NCBI GenBank assembly: GCA_963792965.1
Contig: CAWBYW010000011.1
Coordinates: forward strand, 94,944-158,943
DNA: 64,000 bases
Direction of reading: 5' to 3'
Source of the DNA: an uncultured delta proteobacterium
GTDB taxonomy: Bacteria; Desulfobacterota; Zymogenia; Zymogenales; Zymogenaceae
This document shows positions 33,530-44,580 of this stretch, one piece after another. The position numbers and the translations under genes are program-made. How positions within the stretch are numbered: position 1 is the stretch's first letter; each line of letters begins with the position of its first letter. The notes beneath the pieces are model-generated. The model saw only the letters and a list, made by a program, of their open reading frames with translations, was not told the origin of the DNA and did not search any database.

Positions 33530-34696
33530 ATGAAGCTCAAGCCGTTCATCGAGCGCATCATAAAGGAGATCGGGCCCCGGCCGGCCGGGACCGAGGCGGA
33601 GTTCAAGGCTGGGAGGATTGTCTCCGACGAGCTGAAGAAACGAGGGGCAGAGGTTACCAGTCAGGACGTCAAGGTCTGTCCCGGCATCATCACCGGGCTC
33701 ATTAACCTCATGACCGCGACGTACCTGATCTCGATGCTCGTCTATTTTTTCGTCCCCATCGCGTCGGCGGTGCTCGTGGCTGCCCTGTTAGCCATGCTCC
33801 TGTTCTCGCGACAGTTCGGGAACGGCGTCATCGACTGGCTCTTCTCCAAGACCACCACCAGAAACATCATCGGCAGATACGAGCCGAAAGGTGAGGCAAA
33901 ACAGGTCCTGATCTTCTCGGGCCACCACGACAGCCCGGACATGATGCCGCTCCTTTCGCCGCCAACCAAACGTTTCGTCCACCTGATCGAGAATGGGGTT
34001 GTCCTCGGGATGGCGCTCTTGATACCCGCGGGGATCCTTCGCGCGATCCTTGCCGGCCCCGTCCTTTGGCTCCCGGTGCATCTTGCCTGGTACGACATCC
34101 TCTGGGTGATCTCGCTTGCGGGCCTTATGCTCGGCATCTACTACCGGTCTCGCATGATCACGGGCGTGCATAATCTCGGCGCCAACGACAACCTCTCCGC
34201 AGTGGCGGTGCTCGTGGGGATCGCGGACTATCTGAAGGCGACGCCCCCGAAGAATACGGAGATCTACCTGGTCTCCTTCGGGTCCGAGGAGCCCTTCATG
34301 TACGGGTCGGACGGATTCGCCCGGGGGAACCTCGATCTGATCAAGAAGGCGCTGAACGTCAACATGGAGACGGTGGGTGCCGGTAAGCTCGGCATCATCG
34401 TGAAGGAAAAGATGTACATGAACGCCTACTCGCCTGAGGCTATCGGGCTCATCGAGCGGGCGGGGAAAAAGGCGGGCATCGAGCTGCCGAAGATCGCTAT
34501 AACCTACGGCGGCACCGATTCCTACTCGATCATCAAGGCCGGCGGCACATCGGCCTGCCTGTTTGGGATGGACGAGACGCGACTTTTCTCCCTCTGGCAC
34601 TCGCCCAAGGATAATCTCGACAACGTCGAGGAAAACACGCTGCAGAGGGCGATGAAGATCTGCATCGAGGTGATCAAGGAGGCGGAGGGGGCGTAG
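33530..34696 (+). CDS. Membrane-embedded M28 family metallopeptidase
   Basis: IGPRPAGT, GHHDS, GANDNLSAV, GSEE, GGTD, WHSPKD; four TM segments. Confidence 0.88.
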   Translation: MKLKPFIERIIKEIGPRPAGTEAEFKAGRIVSDELKKRGAEVTSQDVKVCPGIITGLINLMTATYLISMLVYFFVPIASAVLVAALLAMLLFSRQFGNGVIDWLFSKTTTRNIIGRYEPKGEAKQVLIFSGHHDSPDMMPLLSPPTKRFVHLIENGVVLGMALLIPAGILRAILAGPVLWLPVHLAWYDILWVISLAGLMLGIYYRSRMITGVHNLGANDNLSAVAVLVGIADYLKATPPKNTEIYLVSFGSEEPFMYGSDGFARGNLDLIKKALNVNMETVGAGKLGIIVKEKMYMNAYSPEAIGLIERAGKKAGIELPKIAITYGGTDSYSIIKAGGTSACLFGMDETRLFSLWHSPKDNLDNVEENTLQRAMKICIEVIKEAEGA

Positions 34697-34718
34697 GGTC
34701 TTTTCGAGTGAAAAAGGA

Positions 34719-34790
34719 GGACGCTCCGGAAGCGTCCCACCAGCAATAGCCTGCACCACGAATCACAAGGGCGGCCCATGGGCCGCCCCT
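34719..34790. repeat. Two REP-like hairpins between convergent genes
   Basis: GGACGCTCCGGAAGCGTCC and GGGCGGCCCATGGGCCGCCCCT. Confidence 0.45.
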
Positions 34791-34837
34791 GTAACATCCC
34801 ACCTCAAAGTGAGGCCGTAGATTCCTTAAACACGAGT

Positions 34838-35788
34838 CTATCTGTTCTTCCCCCGCCTCGCATCGAAGTAGCCCTTCGCCCCCGGGTGCAGTGGCACGAT
34901 GAGGTGGGCGTCCCCTTCGTCCGCGCTCAGGAATCCCCCCTGAGGAAAGTAGCGGGCGATCCTTCCCACGTTTTCAAAGATCGAGCGGACAAGAAGGCCG
35001 GCCGCCCCGTCCGGCAGGTCGGGCCGCGCAACGAGGTAATTTCCCACGGCGGGGATGGTGAGGTCATCGGACTGGAAGGGGTAGGTGTCTTTAGGAATCG
35101 TTAACAGGAAGGCGGGCAGTCCCGCCGTATCGATCGCCCGAGCCGTATCCTCCGTCGCCGGGATGAGCCGCATATTGTCGCCGGTGCCGTCGATGATGTC
35201 GCGCACTATCGGCACGGGGACCGGGCCGACGATCAGCGCGCCGTCAAGCTCCATTTTCACGAAATCGGTCATGACCGACAAAAGAGAGGTGTCCGGGACC
35301 TCGGGCGTATATCTGTTCGTAGCGACGCCGAGCGCCTTCAGGATAAAAACGGCGGTCTCGCGCTCGGTGCTACGCGCCGGACCGAGGTAGATCTTCCTGC
35401 CGTTGAGATCGTTGGGGCTGTTTGTCTTGACGAATTTGTCCCTCAGAATGAGGTGAACGCCGGAGGGCCAGACGGCCGCGAGCGTGACGATGGGGGCGTC
35501 GGGATGCTCGCCGAGGTATTTCTTGAGGGCAGGCCCGGAGACGAGGGCGACGTCGACCTTTCTCGACGAAAGGAGATCGAGATTCTCGTGGTCGGTTGCC
35601 GACTCCACTATCTCCGTCGGGAGCCCAGTCTCGCCCCAGAGGGTGGAAAGTTCTTTCCCCATGACCCAGAAGAATGTCCCGGCGGGCGTGGTGGCAAGTC
35701 TCATTGTGTCGGCGGCCGGCGCGGAGAGGGGAAGGCCGACCATGGAAAGCATGGAAACGGCCAGAACCAACAACGCGGTACGTCTCAT
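34838..35788 (-). CDS. TAXI-family TRAP solute-binding protein
   Basis: Signal peptide; ATTPAGTF, EN..LL, TIPKDTYPFQ, PLHPGAKGYF. Confidence 0.85.
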   Translation of the reverse strand: MRRTALLVLAVSMLSMVGLPLSAPAADTMRLATTPAGTFFWVMGKELSTLWGETGLPTEIVESATDHENLDLLSSRKVDVALVSGPALKKYLGEHPDAPIVTLAAVWPSGVHLILRDKFVKTNSPNDLNGRKIYLGPARSTERETAVFILKALGVATNRYTPEVPDTSLLSVMTDFVKMELDGALIVGPVPVPIVRDIIDGTGDNMRLIPATEDTARAIDTAGLPAFLLTIPKDTYPFQSDDLTIPAVGNYLVARPDLPDGAAGLLVRSIFENVGRIARYFPQGGFLSADEGDAHLIVPLHPGAKGYFDARRGKNR

Positions 35789-35858
35789 ACGAACACCTTT
35801 AGAAAGAGTTTTGCGTCCGCCTCTCCTCGGGATGGAGCCGGCGGCGAGATACATCCTT

Positions 35859-37454
<1,596 letters not shown>

Positions 37455-37589
37455 GCTCTTTCCCCCTATAAACGATCGGTATATCGTTTGCCTGATGGCT
37501 ATAAAACGCGGGATAGAGAGAGCATACGGCATTTCGAGGCCCGTGTCAATTTTGATTTGGCCGACGTCGTCTTTATTATCATCGTGAGG

Positions 37590-37618
37590 TTGACAGATTG
37601 ACTCGTCAATCATATAAT
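37590..37618 (+). promoter_or_regulatory. Consensus sigma70 promoter with a palindromic operator in the spacer
   Basis: TTGACA-17 bp-TATAAT; spacer holds GATTGAC-TC-GTCAATC (37596-37611). Confidence 0.8.
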
Positions 37619-37671
37619 GCGAAAAAAAGGCGATATCCCGACTCAACCTCCAACACAAGGCAAAGACCATC

Positions 37672-39114
37672 ATGGAAGACACGACGCACGCACTCTACCG
37701 GATCCTCAACCCCGCCTCAATCGCCGTTTTCGGCGCATCCAACAGCTTCACGAGCCCCGCGACAAACCTGATGGCCACGATTATCTCGGGCGGCTTTGAG
37801 GGAAAGATCTACCCGATTCACCCGAGGGAGAAAAGTGCGCTGGGACTGACGGCATACCCGACGGTCCTGGAGGTCCCGGGTGAAATCGACCTTGCGATCG
37901 TTGTGGTGTCCGCGCGGCTCGTCCCGGCCGTACTTGAGCAGTGCGGCAAGAAGGGTATCCATTACGCGGTCGTTATCACCGCCGGATATAAGGAAATGGG
38001 TGAAGAGGGGGCACTCCTTGAGCGACAGCTGTTGGAGGCCGCCCGAAAATATGACATTCGCTTCATCGGGCCCAACTGCATCGGGATCATCAACGCCCAT
38101 AAGAAGCTCGACGTCTCGATGTTCCTCTATGAGGGGAGCCCCGGAGGAATGGCGCTGGTCTCCCAGAGCGGGAGCTATATCACCCAACCGCTTCCGTATT
38201 TCAAGAAGCTTGGGATGAACCTCAGCTCGGCCGTCTCCGTCGGAAACCAGGCCGACATCGACATCGCCGATTGTATCGAGTATTTCGGCCAAGACCCGAC
38301 GACGAAGTCCGTGGCGGCCTACATCGAAGGGATCGCCGATGGGAAGAAATTCATGGAGGCGGCACGAAGGACGACGGCCAAAAAGCCGGTGGTGGCGCTC
38401 TACGTCGGGGGGACGGAGGCGGGCTCCCGGGCGGGAAGGTCGCACACAGGAGCTGTGGCGACGACCGATCGTATCGTCGAGGCGGTCTTTGCGCAAAGCG
38501 GGGTGATCAGGGTAGATTCGGTGGGGGCGCTGTTCGACGTCGCCCATGCCTTTGCCGTCCAGCCGCTGCCGAAGGGGGACAGGGTCGCCGTCATCACCAA
38601 CTCGGGCGGGCCCGGCACTTCGATGGCCGACGCCGCGGCGCGCCTGGGACTTTCGGTCCCCGAATTCTCGGCGCGCCTCCAGAAGGAGCTCCGCCAGATC
38701 GTTATCCCCACCGCCCAGGTGGCCAACCCCGTCGACCTGACGATGGACTTTGACCTCAAGCGTCTCTTTGTCGACGTGGCGGATCTCGTCATCAAGAGCG
38801 GTGAGGTCGACGCGGTCCTCTTTTACGGTATCTTCGGCGCGACCCACGCCAAGAAGAAATTCGGGAAAATCGGCTCTGTCCAGCCCGGATCCTTTGAACA
38901 GTACGATAACTACATCATGGGGTTTATCGATCGGTTTGCATCGAGGCTCCGGGACGCGGGGGTGCCGGTGCTCTCTGCCTCGTTTACGGGAAGTGACGAT
39001 GAGCCGATAAAGAAGATGATGGAGGCAGGGATACCCGTCTACCCGACCCCGGAGCGGGCGGCGGCGGCGCTGGCCGCCATGGCGCGCTACGCCGGGTGGC
39101 GCAGCGGCAGGTAA
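37672..39114 (+). CDS. ADP-forming acyl-CoA synthetase (ACD) alpha-subunit-like CoA-binding protein
   Basis: PASIAVFGAS, IGPNCIG, SQSG, SHTGA phospho-His, TNSGG, NPVD; no ATP-grasp domain. Confidence 0.9.
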   Translation: MEDTTHALYRILNPASIAVFGASNSFTSPATNLMATIISGGFEGKIYPIHPREKSALGLTAYPTVLEVPGEIDLAIVVVSARLVPAVLEQCGKKGIHYAVVITAGYKEMGEEGALLERQLLEAARKYDIRFIGPNCIGIINAHKKLDVSMFLYEGSPGGMALVSQSGSYITQPLPYFKKLGMNLSSAVSVGNQADIDIADCIEYFGQDPTTKSVAAYIEGIADGKKFMEAARRTTAKKPVVALYVGGTEAGSRAGRSHTGAVATTDRIVEAVFAQSGVIRVDSVGALFDVAHAFAVQPLPKGDRVAVITNSGGPGTSMADAAARLGLSVPEFSARLQKELRQIVIPTAQVANPVDLTMDFDLKRLFVDVADLVIKSGEVDAVLFYGIFGATHAKKKFGKIGSVQPGSFEQYDNYIMGFIDRFASRLRDAGVPVLSASFTGSDDEPIKKMMEAGIPVYPTPERAAAALAAMARYAGWRSGR

Positions 39115-39213
39115 GCAGGGCCCGTGAGCCCTTCGGGCCCCGGGCCGTCGTCTGACGAGCGGCCTGGAGATCCCGTGCGCCCCCGATTCGAGCTTCCGGA
39201 CGCCCGACGGCCC

Positions 39214-39834
39214 CTAAGTCGCCGATTTCGGCGAGATCCGGTAGGTACAGAAAGGCTCGCCCATCGCCCCGCATTGCGTCTCTTCAACCTTCCAGCCGTC
39301 GCTTCCGACCGCCCAGTCGACCAGTCCGGCCAAGAACCCGACCCCCGTGTGGCATACGGGGACGTCGCTCTTCCGGTTGAAGCAGTGGGTTGCCGCCTTA
39401 TCCTTATAGAGAAAATCGTCCCCTTCCTGTTCGATCCAACATTCGGTGTTGAGCTGTTTTGATAACGTATCGGCCGTGTAATTAAGGATAACCTTTGCCC
39501 GGTCGCTTTCGCTCATCCCCGACATGCCTTTCAGCGCCGCCTGCGCGATATCGGGATTCTCATCGAGCCCCCGTTTGGCCTGCATTCTGCCCACCCGCAA
39601 GAGTATCGCCCGAGCGCCATGCTGCCCAAAGATCTCTTCAATCGCCTCGTCCATCCTGGTAACCTCGGAGATGTGGCAACCCGTCTTCTCGCTGTCATTC
39701 GGCGGGAGGGTATCGATGTATTTGGTGAGGCCGGAGTAGTTGAGGACCGATTTAAGCCCGTTTTCACCGATGATCTCTATGACACTCATGAGGATGACCC
39801 GAAACGCTTTGTTCTCAATGGGCCGGTCTTCCAT
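39214..39834 (-). CDS. Stand-alone V4R domain protein (tandem copy 2)
   Basis: IGENGLKSVL..SGL..Y...PP, GARAIL..VG, HC...PVCH, VEETQCGAMGEPFC. Confidence 0.88.
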   Translation of the reverse strand: MEDRPIENKAFRVILMSVIEIIGENGLKSVLNYSGLTKYIDTLPPNDSEKTGCHISEVTRMDEAIEEIFGQHGARAILLRVGRMQAKRGLDENPDIAQAALKGMSGMSESDRAKVILNYTADTLSKQLNTECWIEQEGDDFLYKDKAATHCFNRKSDVPVCHTGVGFLAGLVDWAVGSDGWKVEETQCGAMGEPFCTYRISPKSAT

Positions 39835-40126
39835 GAATACCCCCTGTCTAGGTAACTGCATATTGTGTGCGTAGAGTATATTCTTCACCGCGGCCTTGTC
39901 AAGGAAGAATTGTTGGAGGCTCAGACAGCCGTCTACTCCATGACGGAGGGGGGTGCTGCGGTGCCGGCCGCCATGAGAAAGTATGTGATGTGGGTTCCCG
40001 CCGGGCGTAAGACGGCGTAGCGGGTGAGAGCTTCTTGACAATGAGCGGTGGAGAGTCTTGGGGAGAGACGGGAACAGGTCGAGCGACGAGAGCCCGGTGG
40101 TCTTCCGGCTGTCACTTCGCGGCGTC

Positions 40127-40741
40127 TTATGATTTCCTGCTGATCCGATACGTACAGTAGGGCTCGCCCATCGCCATGCACGTCGTCTCTTGGACCTTCC
40201 ACCCGTTATTGCCGACCGCCCAGGCGACCAGTCCGACCAGAAAACCGTCCACCGGATGACACACGGGCACATCGCTCTTCCGATTAAAGCAATGGGTCGC
40301 CGCCTTGTCCTTATAGAGAAAATCGTCCCCCACCTCGTCAACCCAGGTCTCGGTGTCGAGCTGCTTGGCTACCGTATCGGCCGTATAGGTGAGGATGGTT
40401 TTTGCCCGATCGTGCTCGCTCATCGTCGACATGGCGGACTTGGCCGCGGCCGCGATATCGGGATTTTCATCGAGCCCCCATTTGGCCTGCATCCTGCCCA
40501 CCTGGAAGAGTATCGCCCGGGCGCCCTTCTTCCCGAAGATCTCTTCAATGGCCACATCCAGCCTCGTTACCTCGGAGATACAGGGACCATTCTTCTCACT
40601 GTCGTTCGGTGGGACGTTGCCTATGTATTTCGTGAGGCCGGAGTAGTTGAGGACCGATTTTAGCCCGTTTTCCCCGACGATTTCTCTCACTCCCAGGAGG
40701 ATAACCCTGAATGCTTTGTTCTCAATGAATCGATCTTCCAT
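40127..40741 (-). CDS. Stand-alone V4R domain protein (tandem copy 1)
   Basis: Same motifs as 39214-39834; about 77% aa identity by manual alignment (46 differences in 204). Confidence 0.88.
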   Translation of the reverse strand: MEDRFIENKAFRVILLGVREIVGENGLKSVLNYSGLTKYIGNVPPNDSEKNGPCISEVTRLDVAIEEIFGKKGARAILFQVGRMQAKWGLDENPDIAAAAKSAMSTMSEHDRAKTILTYTADTVAKQLDTETWVDEVGDDFLYKDKAATHCFNRKSDVPVCHPVDGFLVGLVAWAVGNNGWKVQETTCMAMGEPYCTYRISRKS

Positions 40742-40839
40742 AGGTACCCTCGTATGTATATACAATAGATATACATTTTATCTATATACCTCTCGAAGCG
40801 ACGCTGTCAAGGGGAAATCGAAAAGCGCCCGGATTTCCC

Positions 40840-40882
40840 TTGACAAAATGAACTGCGTTTAGTATCGTAAACACCGTTCATT
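40840..40882 (+). promoter_or_regulatory. Promoter overlapped by a double palindromic operator (TetR-type)
   Basis: TTGACA-17 bp-TATCGT; boxes TGAAC-TGC-GTTTA and TAAAC-ACC-GTTCA within AATGAAC...GTTCATT. Confidence 0.65.
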
Positions 40883-40909
40883 ATACCACGTCAAAGTGAG
40901 GAGGATACC

Positions 40910-42187
40910 ATGCCGATGTATGATTTTTTACTCAAGCCCGAGGAGCGAGAGCTCCGGGACGAAGTGAGACGCTTCGTCAGGGAGGAGGTCACGCCCGACT
41001 TCCTGAGGGCGATGGACAAGGATGAGATTGTCTACCCGCGCGAGTTCGTGGAGAAGCTGGCGAAATACAACCTGCGCGGCATCCGGTTCCCCAAGAAGTG
41101 GGGGGGCAGGGGGATGAGCTGGGTGGCGGACGTCGCGGCTATCGAAGAGATCGGGTGCCTGGGCATCGCGCTCGGGTGCGCCTTTGTCATGCCGTCCATC
41201 GTGGGAGAGGCGCTGAACAAATTCGGGACCGACGCCCAGAAAGAAAAATACCTCAAGCCCCTGCTTGAGGGTAAGCTCGTCGCCGCCGAGGCCCTTACCG
41301 AGCCCCGCGGCGGATCGGACTTCTTCGGCGCCACCACAAAGGCGGAGCTCAAAGGCGATCATTTTATCCTCAACGGCCAGAAGCGCTTCGTCGTGGGCGC
41401 CGACGGCGCGGACTTCTTCGTGGTCTACTGTAAGACCAATTTCGATCCAAACGCCCACAAGTATGGGAGGATCAGCCTTTTGATCGTCGATAAGGGGCCG
41501 GGGGTCGAAACAGAATACCATTATGGATTAATGGGGTGCAAAGGCGGAGGGACGGGAAGGCTCGTCTTCAGGAACGTCAAGGTCCCCAAGGAAAACATCC
41601 TCGGCGAACTGCACGGCGGGGCGCTCTGTTTCAACCAGATGATGATCCCCGAGCGGCTTACCTCGGCGGCGGGCTGCCTCGGGGCCTGGGGGGCGCTCGA
41701 CGTGGCGGTCAGGTACTCCAACAAGCGGGCGGCCTTCGGCAAGCTGATCCGCAAGTTCCAGGCGGTCAACTTCATGGTGGCCGATTCGATCACACAGCTG
41801 GACGCCGCGCGGGGGCTCACCTATATGGCGGCACGCGCCGTGGACGAGAACTACCCCAACGTCCGCAGGATCGTGAGCGAGGCAAAGAAGTTTGCGACCA
41901 AGACCTCGTGGGACGTGGTCAATAACGCCATGCAGATCATGGGCGGCATCGGATACACCGACGTCTATCCGATCGAGCGGGCGCTGAGAGACATGAGGCT
42001 GGCGCTGATCTGGACCGGCACCAGCGAGATCATGAGCCTCCTCATCCAGCACGAGTATTACGATGAGGTCCTCAACCAGCCCTACAACCGGCGGGAGATG
42101 GAGCGCGACGCTATGAACCCGGACGAGAGCGAGCGCTGCTTTACGGACGACGATATGTGGGAAGTCCACAACAAGGTCGCGGACTAA
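40910..42187 (+). CDS. Acyl-CoA dehydrogenase family protein
   Basis: ALTEPRGGSD, LNGQKRF, ERL, R.AFGK.I..FQAV, QIMGGIGY, IWTGTSEI. Confidence 0.95.
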   Translation: MPMYDFLLKPEERELRDEVRRFVREEVTPDFLRAMDKDEIVYPREFVEKLAKYNLRGIRFPKKWGGRGMSWVADVAAIEEIGCLGIALGCAFVMPSIVGEALNKFGTDAQKEKYLKPLLEGKLVAAEALTEPRGGSDFFGATTKAELKGDHFILNGQKRFVVGADGADFFVVYCKTNFDPNAHKYGRISLLIVDKGPGVETEYHYGLMGCKGGGTGRLVFRNVKVPKENILGELHGGALCFNQMMIPERLTSAAGCLGAWGALDVAVRYSNKRAAFGKLIRKFQAVNFMVADSITQLDAARGLTYMAARAVDENYPNVRRIVSEAKKFATKTSWDVVNNAMQIMGGIGYTDVYPIERALRDMRLALIWTGTSEIMSLLIQHEYYDEVLNQPYNRREMERDAMNPDESERCFTDDDMWEVHNKVAD

Positions 42188-42190
42188 CCA

Positions 42191-42260
42191 CCCCAAGAAA
42201 TCTTCGATTTCTTGGGGACTCCTTCGATTCCCAGACAGGGAGAACTCCTGTCTGGGAATC
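42191..42260. repeat. Two adjacent perfect hairpins inside the operon
   Basis: CCCCAAGAAATC-TTC-GATTTCTTGGGG and GATTCCCAGACAGG-N7-CCTGTCTGGGAATC. Confidence 0.7.
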
Positions 42261-42302
42261 GTCAAAAGCACCGTTAGATGTCATGTCCAAGAAGAGGCGT
42301 AT

Positions 42303-43751
42303 ATGGCAATCCTAACCGGAGATGAATACCGCGAGAGCCTGAGAGCATTCTCCCCCGAAATCTACATGAGGGGACAGCGCGTTGAGAAGGTGTGGGAACA
42401 TCCTCTCCTCAAACAGACCGTCAATCACCTGGCCGCGCACTACGATACCGCATACCACCAGCCGGAGAAATTCACCACCCTTTCGCCCCTGACCAATGAG
42501 GCGGTACCAAGGATATCACATCACATCCAGACGAGCCTGGATGACGTGATCATCAAGGCGCGGCTCACAAGGGAGGTGAGCGGCAGAAGGATCTGCGCCG
42601 GGTGCATGTCCAACATGCTGTCCGTGACGTGGGCGATGATTTACGACATCGATCACGAACACGGGACGGACTATTTCACGCGGTATCGGGAGTTCGTCAA
42701 ACAGCTCCAGAAAAGTGGGCATGCGATCGCCTGGGGCATGATGGATCCAAAGGGGGATCGCTCGCTGCCTCCCTCCGCGCAGAAGAGGGCGGCGGACCTC
42801 AGGGTCGTAAAGAGGCGCGCGGACGGCATCGTTGTATCCGGTACGAAGCTCCACACGACCTACGGGGCGGCCGCGCACGAAATGGTTGTCGTCCCCTGCC
42901 GCGCCCTCGGGCCGGACGACAAGGACTTTGCCGTCTCTTTTGCCGTTCCCATCGACACGAAGGGACTGAAGCTGATCGCCCGTCCTTCCCCCGGACCCTC
43001 ACACGACGTCGCCATCGAGAGCCCCTTGAGCTCCCGGTATCTCGGGGTCGAGTGCCTGTCTATCTTCGACGATGTCTTCGTGCCGGAAGAGCGGATATTC
43101 ATGTGCGGGGAGTATGACAAGGCGATGAACCTCCCGTTCTATTTCGCCTGCCTGCACCGGCAGTCGAAATGCGCCTGCAGCGCGGGGCACACCGACCTCC
43201 TGATCGGGACGGCCGCGCTCCTTGCCGAGGTGAACGGCCTGGGTATGAAGGTGGGCCACATCAGGGAGAAGATCACCGACATGATGATGGCCGCATCGGT
43301 CGCCTTCGGCTGCGCGCTCGGGGCGGCCGCCCAGGGAAAGGTCCACGAGAGCGGGGTCTTTCTCCCCGACCCGGTCATCGCGAATTCCGGGCTGGCCTAC
43401 ATCCGCTCCCGCCTCCCGGATCACCTGGCCCATATCCACGACATCGGAGGGGGCCTCATCGCGACGATGCCGACCGAGGCCGACTGGAATAACCCGGAGC
43501 TGAGGCCGTACATCGATGCGGCGCTTGCCGGCAGTACCGACTATACCACCGAGGAGCGGCTGCGTGTGATGGGCCTGGCCCAGGACCTGGCGGCGTCACG
43601 TCTCACGGGGACGCTGTTGGGCTTTACGATCAACGCGGCGGGCTCGCCCGTCACCAATAGGATAGTCGTGAGGAACCTCTACGATCTTGAAGGCGCCAAA
43701 CAGATCGCCCGCGAGATCGCCGGGATACCCGAGCACAAGAAGAACGGGTAG
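42303..43751 (+). CDS. 4-hydroxybutyryl-CoA dehydratase (AbfD)/HpaB-fold flavoprotein, probably [4Fe-4S]-containing
   Basis: TGDEYRESLR, MMDPKGDRS, DGIVVSGTK.H, FDDVFVP.ERIF.CGE, HRQSKCAC, AGSP. Confidence 0.85.
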   Translation: MAILTGDEYRESLRAFSPEIYMRGQRVEKVWEHPLLKQTVNHLAAHYDTAYHQPEKFTTLSPLTNEAVPRISHHIQTSLDDVIIKARLTREVSGRRICAGCMSNMLSVTWAMIYDIDHEHGTDYFTRYREFVKQLQKSGHAIAWGMMDPKGDRSLPPSAQKRAADLRVVKRRADGIVVSGTKLHTTYGAAAHEMVVVPCRALGPDDKDFAVSFAVPIDTKGLKLIARPSPGPSHDVAIESPLSSRYLGVECLSIFDDVFVPEERIFMCGEYDKAMNLPFYFACLHRQSKCACSAGHTDLLIGTAALLAEVNGLGMKVGHIREKITDMMMAASVAFGCALGAAAQGKVHESGVFLPDPVIANSGLAYIRSRLPDHLAHIHDIGGGLIATMPTEADWNNPELRPYIDAALAGSTDYTTEERLRVMGLAQDLAASRLTGTLLGFTINAAGSPVTNRIVVRNLYDLEGAKQIAREIAGIPEHKKNG

Positions 43752-43768
43752 CCGGAAAGGGATGCATC

Positions 43769-44374
43769 ATGTCCGTCGTTACGTTCAACGACCTGAAAGG
43801 TAAGGAGCGGGAAGCGCGCCGGGCGCTGCTGTTGGACTGCGCCCAGAAGCTCTTTGCCGAGCGTGACTTCAAAAGCGTCACCGCACGTGAAATCGCCAGA
43901 GAGGCGGGGATGAGCCCCGGGACGATCTACCGCTACTATGAGAGTATGGACGACCTGTTTCTGGACGTCTTCTTCATCGGGGCACGGCAGATCGCCTCCA
44001 TCGTCGAGACCGAGTCAGGCAGGCCGGGGGGGTGCTCCATCGGGCGGCTCTGCGAGCTTTACGTCACCTTCCTCAACGACAACATGACCTACTATCAAAT
44101 GATGAGCCATTTCATGCTCGGCGGGAGGCTCTCCGACACGGCGACGGGACGCCTCAATCCGGTCATGAGGGGGCTCATCGACCTCGTCGAGGGGGTCGTG
44201 ATCAGGGCGGGAATCAAGGGCGACACCCGGCTGATCTCCCACGCCCTTTTCAGCGCACTCAACGGGATCATGATCAGCTACGCCAAATACCCGGGGAGGT
44301 CTCTTGACGATATCAGGAGACACACGGTGGGGCTTGCGGCCATCACGGCGCGCTTCTTTGGAGACGGGAAGTGA
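43769..44374 (+). CDS. TetR-family regulator
   Basis: AQKLFAERDFKSVTAREIAREAGMSPGTIYRYY HTH. Confidence 0.93.
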   Translation: MSVVTFNDLKGKEREARRALLLDCAQKLFAERDFKSVTAREIAREAGMSPGTIYRYYESMDDLFLDVFFIGARQIASIVETESGRPGGCSIGRLCELYVTFLNDNMTYYQMMSHFMLGGRLSDTATGRLNPVMRGLIDLVEGVVIRAGIKGDTRLISHALFSALNGIMISYAKYPGRSLDDIRRHTVGLAAITARFFGDGK

Positions 44375-44515
44375 AGAGGCCTGTCTCCGATCGATATCGC
44401 GGCGCCTGACAACTTCTCCCGAATGCCCGCCGCGCGGCGTTGAAGAGACGCGGCGGCGTCGGGACGCCTCTATTTTCCCCTTTATTAAATCTGAAATGGA
44501 CGCGTCGAATTATCC

Positions 44516-44580
44516 TTGACAACCAATGTTGCCGTGAGTATATTATATAAGCAGCGACTCATATAAGAAGGAACTCATAT
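44516..44580 (+). promoter_or_regulatory. Promoter plus tandem ArsR-type operator boxes
   Basis: TTGACA-17 bp-TATATT followed by two overlapping ATATAAG-N6-CTCATAT boxes with a 16-bp period. Confidence 0.65.

Noticed and set aside
39840-40126. Structured ncRNA between the V4R paralogs, or the long N-terminal extension in ORF 39214-40341
   Set aside because: No recognisable RNA motif; paralog alignment fixes the start at 39834, so the extension is spurious
42303-43751. Annotation as 4-hydroxyphenylacetate 3-monooxygenase HpaB
   Set aside because: Fe-S-type Cys/His ligands are present, no flavin reductase is adjacent, and the context is anaerobic acyl-CoA metabolism
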